Shown here one piece after another: positions 1 to 7,351 of a DNA stretch of 64,000 bases (the first letter of the stretch is position 1; every line of letters begins with the position of its first letter). The notes below the pieces were generated by a model, which saw only the letters and a program-made list of their open reading frames with translations, was not told the DNA's origin and made no database searches. The stretch covers positions 11,738 through 75,737 of the forward strand of contig JALCMP010000005.1 of the NCBI GenBank assembly GCA_022648545.1, read 5' to 3'. The translations under genes and the position numbers were made by a program. Origin of the DNA: Bacteroidales bacterium (GTDB taxonomy: Bacteria; Bacteroidota; Bacteroidia; Bacteroidales; UBA932).

Positions 1-94
1 AGCAGGTTCCCTTCGAATAAGAAAACAGTGTAAGCGCCAATGCCGCAATACCCATTACGATTATGGTCGTAAACATATTATTCTTTTTTTGCAT
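1..94 (-). CDS. Hypothetical membrane or secreted protein, N-terminal fragment (gene runs off the window)
   Basis: ATG at 94..92 on the minus strand, 8 nt downstream of the stop of the activase-like gene. Translation is MQKKNNMFTTIIVMGIAALALTLFSYSKGTC and stays open to the window edge. The hydrophobic stretch looks like a signal peptide or TM helix. Only 31 codons are visible. Confidence 0.35.
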   Translation of the reverse strand, partial: MQKKNNMFTTIIVMGIAALALTLFSYSKGTC

Positions 95-102
95 TACTCC
101 TT

Positions 103-3100
103 TTACAAATAGTACACGAACGACTCAACTTTACTCCTGTCATTCTCATTTTTACTACCGTCGAAAGTCAAATTCAAAATAGGTTTGGCTTTGCCTTCCA
201 AAAACCCCTTATGTAATATATTCAGGGAAATTCCGCTATTTTCATAAACTGAAGCAGCTGTTATTATACCGTCGGCCTTATCCCCAAAACAAAGAGCCTT
301 GGATTCCCTGTAGCGGGCAAATGCTCCCGAATAATAACCTATAGTTTCGTCCGCTTTCTTTACAAGTTCCTCTACGGATGTAAAGGGACTCTGCTCTTTC
401 AATTGTACTGATAATTGTTCCATATCATTCCTCAAACCATCCAGAGCCGCTTTTGTCTCCACGGAATCGGCTTTATTAAGTTTTACGTAATCATACCAGA
501 ACATCCATATGGCTTCCGCCAAAGGAGCATAAAAAACCTTATGATTTTGCTTCTCCAGGTTTATAAAAACATTATCATTTAAAATCCTGTTATAGACGAT
601 AGACGGTTCTCCTACGGCCAGAATCGTCTTACCATGATTTTGTTTCTTTTGATCAGCATAAATGGTTTGTGCAACAATTTTCAACCTTGGCATATCAAGT
701 TCGTTCCCCCTTATAAGATTCTTTATCCATAAAAGATATTCCGGCCTTTTGGAATAAGGAGCGGCATTAATAATATCGGAAGCCAGTATACTGTAAAAAA
801 CAGTTTTAAGAAAATCATCCCCGGAGCATATTATATCTTCGAGAAAAGGAGAAATTATATTAACACCGGCATAGTCATTCTCGTCGCATTCCGTACGCAA
901 TACTCTGCTATACTGACCTTCAACCTCTGCACCTTCGGTCTGCGGAATCAAAAACGAAACATCTCCGTAGTTTTTCACTCCTTCAAGGACCTCAAAACAA
1001 CCTCCCAATAGAGAACTAAGAGAAAAATATTCGTTGGTAAGAACATGTTTCCTGCCAGCCATTATAGTCTTTTCATTAGTATCAAGAACCATAGCATTAT
1101 ATCCGTTTTTTATAAGATCCTCTTTAAAAATTTCGGAATATGGTTGCAAATCAGGGATATACAACTTATTCCCTTTCTTCTCAATCTGACTGTCTATGTT
1201 TACTTTTTTATATCTTATTTTTTTCAGATAATATTCCGGTTCATGCTTCTCCGCCTGCAAATCGGGTTTAAGACTATTCACGAAAGCTTCCAGCCTCGTA
1301 GCAACTCCCACTGCGGAAGCATGTTCGTCGATTTCTATATTTAAATAAGGCTTAGATCCCATTATTTCCCTAAAATAATGAGTTAAGACAGAATCGGGCC
1401 CGCAGCAATGGTGAGTAAGCAGCACTGCATACATATTCGGAATTTCACGCACCAGATAACCAGGTTCCAGAATATGCTGTCCGAAAGGCCAGAACATATT
1501 AGGATGCTCGTCGGAAAGATCCACCCCTTCCGGCAAATCGAAAAATGAAAGAACCTGATATCCCATTCCAATAAGTTTATCAGGAATTCCCAGATTCAAT
1601 ATTGGATCGGCTATTCCGTAAATTTTAGAAATAAGCACAAAGGTTATTTTATCAGGATCCAGATTCGTTATCGCCTTCTTCCCGTTCTCCTCCATTCTTT
1701 CTTCAAACTTATTGAACGCCTCCATCCCCTTTTTAAGAGCATCCCCCGTTTCCTCCTCACTTCTTCCAAGGACCTTTCCTATTCCGGAAAAAGAGTTTTT
1801 CATGAAATCTTTTCCCAAATTGAAGGCAAATGTAGGGGCCACAAGTTTTATCCCCTTATTCTTAAGATCCATAGTATGGCTTACAATCTTAAAGGCAAGT
1901 TGCATATAAGCACAACCGTAATTCTGACGGGAAGCGGAACCCGGATGGTCTATCGTATACAAATCGGGAAAGAATATATAATCCACTCCTTTTTCAACCA
2001 GTTCGGCAACATGTCCTATAATTAATTTAACGGGGAAACAGGTTTCCTCCATGGCATATTCCTGACCTTTTCTTATAGTATTTTCATTACTCCAGTCGGA
2101 CAGCAGCACATTAAAACCAAGTTCTCTGAATATAGCATTAAACATAGGAAACATTCCATAAGTAAACAGAGCCCTCGGTATTCCTACTGTTTTTCTGGAG
2201 CTGTCCATGGTCTTATCATAATCATGGAATATAAGGTCCTCCATCTTCTTATTAAATTGTCCAAGACCTTTTTCCTCAATACCGTTTCCTGCCAGAGTAT
2301 CGCCCTGCGAAATATTTTTCAATTTCTCCAGCCCGATGAACGTAGTCTCGCCAATAGTCTCTTCCTGAGCAATAAGGGAAGCCCCGTATGCTCCGGTTAC
2401 ACTAAAGAAGGGAGTAATGGTTATGCTTTTTTTAGTCAAAAGCTTAAAGGCATTTACCACACCTTTGTTAAAGGCAATCCCTCCCTGCAGTAAAATTCTG
2501 TCGCCTATCTTTTTATGACCAACAACCTTATGGAGATAATTCTTAACTATGGAATAACAAAGCCCTGCTACAATATCTTCAATTTTTTCACCTCTCGACA
2601 GACATGCAGCAACCCCGGATTTAATAAACACCGTACAACGTTCTCCTAATGAAACAGGATTTTCGCCCTTTAATGCAAGAGCACCAAGTTCCTCAACCGG
2701 AATATTAAATTCTTCGGCCTGTTCATCCAAGAAAGAGCCTGTCCCGGCAGCACAAACCTTATTCATTTGAAAGTCAGTAACCGCTCCATCGGAGATACTT
2801 ATATATTTTGAATCCTGTCCGCCTATCTCAAATATCGTATCTACCTTCGGATCTATCTTAACGGCAGCCCTTGCCTGCGCCGTAATCTCATCCTTAATAA
2901 CATCGGCGCCTATCTCTTTTCCTATAAGATTCCTTCCCGATCCGGTTATACCAACACCGGAAATATTCATATCTCCGCCCATTTCATAATATATTTGAGC
3001 AAGTCCCTCTTTAACGGCATTCAGAGGATTCCCCTGAGTGCGGATATACTTAAACTTCACTATCTCTGAACGTGAATTAATCAAAACGAGGTTCGTACTG

Positions 3101-4110
3101 GTAGAACCTATATCTATTCCGAGATAACAGGATTCTCCGGAGGGAACAATTCCGTTGGAAGACAGTCTATGTTTTTCAGATATATCTTCGGGCTCTATAC
3201 TGGACAATGGAACAAGATTCTCTTTTTCTCCCACTTCTTCTTCCCCGGTTCCTATAAATGAAACTATCTTCCTAACATCTCCGAATAATAATTTAAAATT
3301 CTCCTTACGGGCAATTACGGCAGCTCCTATAGCTCCGGCCGTATTGGAATTAGAAGAGACGGTCAATTCATTATCATCCTTTTTAAGCACATCCCTTAAA
3401 GCAGTCGTAACAGCTCCGTTCCCTGCAACTCCACCAATAAATAATACCGGAGAATTTACCGGCAACCGACGAATTACCGAACCTCTGTAATTTCTGACTA
3501 TGGCATATGCAACTCCCTTTAAAATATCTTCCGAAGGAATCCCTTCCTGTTGATGATGTATTATGTCAGTTTTGGCAAAAACGCTGCATCGACCGGCAAT
3601 ACGTGGTACCGAACGCGCCCGTCCTGCATATTCGGCATAATCTTCTATCTTAATATTCAGACGTGAAGCCTGTTCCTCCAGAAAGGAACCGGTTCCGGCG
3701 GCACAATCGGAATTAGAAGACATTTCCAAAGCGTTCCGGCTTCCCTCAACACCATTCTTGCATGCGTTAAATCCGGTATAATATTTTGTACTCTGTCCGC
3801 CTATTTCAATAACGGACTGTACCAACGGGTTTAAGAACATAGCACCCTCTATCGCAGCGGAAGCTTCATTAACACGATTTACAGAACCTTCCCCTGTCAT
3901 TTGTCTTGCAGCACTACCGGTAATAGCTCCGAATACAATTTCAGACACATCTAATTTCTTCTCAATCTCGTCAAGAGCAGATCCGAGAACTTCCTTTATT
4001 TTACCCCTGTGCAACTTATAATATTCAAAGGCCAAATTGTTATCATTATCAAGAATAGCAATCTTCACGGAAGAATAACCGATATCAATACCTAAGGTAT
4101 AATTACTCAT
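103..4110 (-). CDS. Fused CoA-substrate-specific enzyme activase-like protein: two BcrAD/BadFG ATPase domains plus 2-hydroxyacyl-CoA dehydratase-like (DUF2229/HgdB-like) halves
   Basis: Two tandem acetate/sugar-kinase-fold ATPase modules are present. The first carries LGIDIGYSSVK, EIGGQSTK, CAAGTGSFLEEQA and GRCSVFA. The second carries LGIDIGSTSTN, EIGGQDSK, CAAGTGSFLDEQA and ERCTVFI. About 700 aa follow with cysteine motifs ETCFPVK, YGCAYMQ and HHCCGPDS, typical of dehydratase-like components. The ORF-track start at 4194 is TTG. The in-frame ATG at 4110 gives MSNYTLGIDIG, the canonical activase N-terminus. Confidence 0.85.
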   Translation of the reverse strand: MSNYTLGIDIGYSSVKIAILDNDNNLAFEYYKLHRGKIKEVLGSALDEIEKKLDVSEIVFGAITGSAARQMTGEGSVNRVNEASAAIEGAMFLNPLVQSVIEIGGQSTKYYTGFNACKNGVEGSRNALEMSSNSDCAAGTGSFLEEQASRLNIKIEDYAEYAGRARSVPRIAGRCSVFAKTDIIHHQQEGIPSEDILKGVAYAIVRNYRGSVIRRLPVNSPVLFIGGVAGNGAVTTALRDVLKKDDNELTVSSNSNTAGAIGAAVIARKENFKLLFGDVRKIVSFIGTGEEEVGEKENLVPLSSIEPEDISEKHRLSSNGIVPSGESCYLGIDIGSTSTNLVLINSRSEIVKFKYIRTQGNPLNAVKEGLAQIYYEMGGDMNISGVGITGSGRNLIGKEIGADVIKDEITAQARAAVKIDPKVDTIFEIGGQDSKYISISDGAVTDFQMNKVCAAGTGSFLDEQAEEFNIPVEELGALALKGENPVSLGERCTVFIKSGVAACLSRGEKIEDIVAGLCYSIVKNYLHKVVGHKKIGDRILLQGGIAFNKGVVNAFKLLTKKSITITPFFSVTGAYGASLIAQEETIGETTFIGLEKLKNISQGDTLAGNGIEEKGLGQFNKKMEDLIFHDYDKTMDSSRKTVGIPRALFTYGMFPMFNAIFRELGFNVLLSDWSNENTIRKGQEYAMEETCFPVKLIIGHVAELVEKGVDYIFFPDLYTIDHPGSASRQNYGCAYMQLAFKIVSHTMDLKNKGIKLVAPTFAFNLGKDFMKNSFSGIGKVLGRSEEETGDALKKGMEAFNKFEERMEENGKKAITNLDPDKITFVLISKIYGIADPILNLGIPDKLIGMGYQVLSFFDLPEGVDLSDEHPNMFWPFGQHILEPGYLVREIPNMYAVLLTHHCCGPDSVLTHYFREIMGSKPYLNIEIDEHASAVGVATRLEAFVNSLKPDLQAEKHEPEYYLKKIRYKKVNIDSQIEKKGNKLYIPDLQPYSEIFKEDLIKNGYNAMVLDTNEKTIMAGRKHVLTNEYFSLSSLLGGCFEVLEGVKNYGDVSFLIPQTEGAEVEGQYSRVLRTECDENDYAGVNIISPFLEDIICSGDDFLKTVFYSILASDIINAAPYSKRPEYLLWIKNLIRGNELDMPRLKIVAQTIYADQKKQNHGKTILAVGEPSIVYNRILNDNVFINLEKQNHKVFYAPLAEAIWMFWYDYVKLNKADSVETKAALDGLRNDMEQLSVQLKEQSPFTSVEELVKKADETIGYYSGAFARYRESKALCFGDKADGIITAASVYENSGISLNILHKGFLEGKAKPILNLTFDGSKNENDRSKVESFVYYL

Positions 4111-4183
4111 ATATAATTTGTTTTTATTATTTAATTTCAAAAAATCATAAATAATAGGGATTGCGACTAACAACAATCTCTCA

Positions 4184-4191
4184 TACTTTTG
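4184..4191 (+). promoter_or_regulatory. Candidate Bacteroidota sigma-A -7 box (TACTTTTG, consensus TAnnTTTG) upstream of the AraC-family gene
   Basis: Exact match to TAnnTTTG, 87 nt upstream of the ATG at 4278, within the divergent intergenic region. Confidence 0.35.
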
Positions 4192-4277
4192 CAAAGTCGA
4201 ATGGCAAAATTATACGATGATCATTTGACAAGATTCCTCAAAAGGGCCATTTAGTTTAACATCAGGACGGATTTATT

Positions 4278-5240
4278 ATGAAATATTCCATAGACAAAGA
4301 AGAAATAAACAGTTTCTACAACTCCATGTATGCAGGGAATGTTAATTCGGTCGCATTTTCCTCGTCCAAAGACATCATAGATGCGGATGTTTTGAATATG
4401 CATATAAATGAATGGAAAATCTCCGGCATAAAAGCCCAGTCTATAAAAACCCGAACAAAAAAAGATATGGATATTTCCGGAGGATTATACGGCAAATTCC
4501 TTGTCCTTCACTTCGTTTGTGAAGGCGAAACCAGACTGGGAAACAACTCCGTAATGATGAAAAACACCAACGGACTATTCATATCCGGCAACCCGATAGA
4601 ACATATATTCAAACGTAAACAGACGGACGATTACTTTAAGATTATTCTGCCATGCGATTATTTGAATTGCGGAGCCGCACAGTGTCCTAATGTCTTCGGC
4701 AGACTTTCTAAGATGCTGGAAAACCATTCCCTCGAAAAAGAGAAAGAGCCCCTTATAACTACGCTCGAAATGAAAACCGTTATAAACCAGATAAAAAATT
4801 CCACATGTATGGGAAATCTGGCTCCTTTTTACTTCGAAACCAAAGTAAAAGAACTTCTGGTTTTGCAAATGTCGCAGATAGACAAGACCTTCGACCCAAA
4901 AGAGAAATGCTGCCGGCATTATTACAAACAATTAAACCAGGCAAGAAACATTATAGAACAGTTCTATCAGTCTCCTCTTACCATTACTGAAATTGCAAGA
5001 CAGGTAGGAATGAGTGAGACCGTATTGAAAACGGACTTCAAGGCATATTTCGGAACAACCATATATGGGTATCTGTTCAATTACCGTATGGAGATGGCAA
5101 AAAAATTATTATCCGATTTTTCTATGACTATAGCGGAAATAGGATATAAATCAGGATACGAATATCCCTCCCACTTTACAACAGCTTTTAAAAGAAGATA
5201 TGGATTAAGCCCCATAGACTACCGTAACAAATACGCATAA
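4278..5240 (+). CDS. AraC-family transcriptional regulator (N-terminal ligand-binding-like domain plus C-terminal double HTH)
   Basis: The C-terminus (LTITEIARQVGMSETVLKTDFKAYFGTTIYGYLFNYRMEMAKKLL ... IAEIGYKSGYEYPSHFTTAFKRRYGLSP) is a classic AraC/XylS HTH pair. It is divergent from the activase-like gene. Confidence 0.9.
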   Translation: MKYSIDKEEINSFYNSMYAGNVNSVAFSSSKDIIDADVLNMHINEWKISGIKAQSIKTRTKKDMDISGGLYGKFLVLHFVCEGETRLGNNSVMMKNTNGLFISGNPIEHIFKRKQTDDYFKIILPCDYLNCGAAQCPNVFGRLSKMLENHSLEKEKEPLITTLEMKTVINQIKNSTCMGNLAPFYFETKVKELLVLQMSQIDKTFDPKEKCCRHYYKQLNQARNIIEQFYQSPLTITEIARQVGMSETVLKTDFKAYFGTTIYGYLFNYRMEMAKKLLSDFSMTIAEIGYKSGYEYPSHFTTAFKRRYGLSPIDYRNKYA

Positions 5241-5261
5241 TATTGCTAGCAACCATTAACA

Positions 5262-7082
5262 TCAGGGATGCGGAAGTTCCACAATAAACCGGCTGCCTTT
5301 CCCTATTTCGCTCTCCACAAAAATACGGCCGTTATTCAGCTCCACAAAATCTTTACATAGAATAAGCCCCAGTCCTGTTCCGCTCTCGTTATTAGTCCCG
5401 CTCGTAGAAACTTTTTCATCAAGCTTGAACAATTTCGCCATTTTTTCTTTAGAGATCCCTATTCCATTATCTGATACGGTTATCCTGATTTTCTTCCCCA
5501 TATGAGAAAACCCGACAGTCACTTTCCCTTCTTCCGGAGTAAACTTTATAGCATTAGATATCAGATTTCTAAAGACCGTATCCATTGTATTTCTATCCGC
5601 AAACACCACGGTATCAACACTTATATCATTAACAAGGCTTATCCTTTTATTTCCGGCCTGTTCCCGAAGAATAGAAATATCAGCATCTATCAAACTTTTA
5701 AGATCTATACTTTCAGGATGTAATTCCACCCTGTTGGTCTGCGTACGCGACCACATAAGCAAATTTTCAAGAAGATTATAAAGATTTTTACTGGAATCGT
5801 ATATACTTTGCAATATATTACGTTTTTCCTCTTCCGATATAGCTTTCGGATCATTTAATAATAAATCGAACAATCCCAGAAGACCATTAAAGGGACTTCT
5901 CAGATCATGTGCCAGTATAGAAAAAAACTTATCTTTGGTCTTTATGGTTTCCTTTAATTCAACAGTCCTTTCGGATACCTTATCTTCCAGTTTTGCGTTT
6001 GCAATCTGGAGAACATCCTCGGATTTCTGTCTTATATTAATAATAAAATTAATAATAAAAAAAGCGACCAGACCAATAAGACAGAAAAGAATCACAAGCG
6101 TCCTACGAACAAAAAAATATCCTTTAAGTGCCTCATCTCTATCTATTTTGGTAATAATTCCGATATTAAGATCATCGTCCCATGTAAGTACTCCGAAAAT
6201 ATCCTTATTACGGCAATCTTTCAATTTATTAAACATAATTCTACGCGTAGGATCCGATTTAACCCTGTCAATTAAGCCTATAGAACCGGCACTTTTAACC
6301 AGAGGAGACAGAGTTAACATATTGCTCCCCATATGTCCTTTTCTTATACTGTCCAGCTGTTTTTCAAAACGGCTTCGGGTTACAAGCCGAAACATATTGT
6401 CGAATCCGAAAGTTTCTCCGGTTTCTCCAATATTTCCAAGCTCCAATATTCTGGAAAAATTCTTTCTGATATCTATACGTAAGGAAAATGCCGCTATTAT
6501 TTTACCTTCATAAACTACCGGGGCAAGCAAGAACATCGTATACATGGTTTTACCCCCATAACGGCTTTTCAGAGGAACATCGGACCTAATAGGAGGGACC
6601 AAAACGGTTTTTCCTTCGTTAAACACCCTCTCCAGCAAATCCTTCCGTTCCACAGACATAACATTAACACTTCCGGTATTCGCATTACGCATTGAAAATA
6701 TACTTATATAGTCCGGAGCTATTATAAAAACTCCCATATCTTCATTGGCATCCAAAATCGGATAAAAGAAATTCCTCAGATCATCCGTAAAGCGCGAATC
6801 CACAAGCACGGAGGAATCACGTTCCAGAGAAAGCAATTTAAGTGAATACTCAACCACTTTTCTGTTTCTTACCAATTCCTCTATATTTTTCTTTCTAAAG
6901 TTAAGCCATTGATTTAAAGCATCATGGCTGGCAATATTAAGAGTTTCCAACGAAGCCCGTACAGTTTCAAGACTTTCTTTTTTTAACTGACCAAGTACAA
7001 AAAATATAAACCCGATGGAAACTAATACGGAAATTAAAATAAGCAAATACTCACGTCCCTTTAATGAAAATAATTTTTTCAT
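5262..7082 (-). CDS. Sensor histidine kinase (two TM segments flanking a periplasmic sensor domain, then HisKA and HATPase_c)
   Basis: H-box FFSILAHDLRSPFN, N-box FRNLISNAIKFT, G1 SDNGIGI, G2 GTGLGL. An N-terminal TM, a sensor region of about 290 aa and a second TM (LVILFCLIGLVAFFIINFII) are visible. There is no receiver domain and no response regulator gene adjacent. Confidence 0.9.
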   Translation of the reverse strand: MKKLFSLKGREYLLILISVLVSIGFIFFVLGQLKKESLETVRASLETLNIASHDALNQWLNFRKKNIEELVRNRKVVEYSLKLLSLERDSSVLVDSRFTDDLRNFFYPILDANEDMGVFIIAPDYISIFSMRNANTGSVNVMSVERKDLLERVFNEGKTVLVPPIRSDVPLKSRYGGKTMYTMFLLAPVVYEGKIIAAFSLRIDIRKNFSRILELGNIGETGETFGFDNMFRLVTRSRFEKQLDSIRKGHMGSNMLTLSPLVKSAGSIGLIDRVKSDPTRRIMFNKLKDCRNKDIFGVLTWDDDLNIGIITKIDRDEALKGYFFVRRTLVILFCLIGLVAFFIINFIINIRQKSEDVLQIANAKLEDKVSERTVELKETIKTKDKFFSILAHDLRSPFNGLLGLFDLLLNDPKAISEEEKRNILQSIYDSSKNLYNLLENLLMWSRTQTNRVELHPESIDLKSLIDADISILREQAGNKRISLVNDISVDTVVFADRNTMDTVFRNLISNAIKFTPEEGKVTVGFSHMGKKIRITVSDNGIGISKEKMAKLFKLDEKVSTSGTNNESGTGLGLILCKDFVELNNGRIFVESEIGKGSRFIVELPHP

Positions 7083-7147
7083 AGCAAAGATACAGCAGGT
7101 TATTTGTAAATGTAATTATATTAATATTATAAATCAATACTATATAA

Positions 7148-7186
7148 AAAACCGCCTGCAAATCAAAATGATTTACAAGCGGTTTT
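7148..7186 (-). terminator. Intrinsic terminator hairpin downstream of tRNA-Pro
   Basis: Arms AAAACCGCCTGCAAATC and GATTTACAAGCGGTTTT give 17 positions with 2 mismatches and a 5-nt loop. A/T runs flank both sides. On the minus strand the hairpin is followed by a T-rich tract. Confidence 0.6.
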
Positions 7187-7194
7187 AGCTTTCG

Positions 7195-7268
7195 TCGGGG
7201 TACTCCGACTCGAACGGAGGACCCCCTGCTCCCAAAGCAGGTGCGCTAGCCAACTGCGCCACACCCCG
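7195..7268 (-). tRNA. tRNA-Pro (anticodon UGG)
   Basis: The reverse complement folds by hand into a cloverleaf. Acceptor CGGGGTG/TACCCCG, D stem GCGC/GCGC, anticodon stem CCTGC/GCAGG with loop TTTGGGA, T stem CTCCG/CGGAG with loop TTCGAGT, discriminator A. CCA is not encoded. Confidence 0.9.
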
Positions 7269-7277
7269 AATAAGATG

Positions 7278-7314
7278 CATTTGCATCCGCTTAAATTGAA
7301 AGCGGATGCAAATG
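7278..7314 (-). terminator. Perfect 15-bp hairpin between the rnr stop and tRNA-Pro (terminator or processing/stabiliser element)
   Basis: CATTTGCATCCGCTT, loop AAATTGA, AAGCGGATGCAAATG, with no mismatches. It lies 37 nt after the rnr stop and 9 nt before the tRNA 5' end. No U-tract follows it on the minus strand. Confidence 0.5.
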
Positions 7315-7351
7315 TAAAAGTAATTTTTTAAACTGCAAAAAATATTCCCCG

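Noticed and set aside
4111-4194. N-terminal extensions in the ORF track. These are 4111-4194, 9644-9796, 17067-17096, 19272-19283, 22925-23017, 24912-24917, 26969-26989, 40160-40171, 49630-49680 and 56968-57057.
   Set aside because: Where I checked the codon (4194, 17096, 19283, 24917, 26989, 40160), the upstream start is TTG rather than ATG. The added residues are not part of the conserved family N-termini. In several cases they would overlap a neighbouring gene or its promoter box. The first internal ATG restores the canonical N-terminus.
7195-7268. The tRNA-Pro and tRNA-Thr (17896-17968) loci as possible integration sites for mobile elements.
   Set aside because: No integrase, transposase or phage-like gene flanks either tRNA. 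Both are embedded between housekeeping genes with short spacers. I noticed no duplicated tRNA 3'-end sequence that would mark an att site, although an exhaustive repeat search was not possible by eye.
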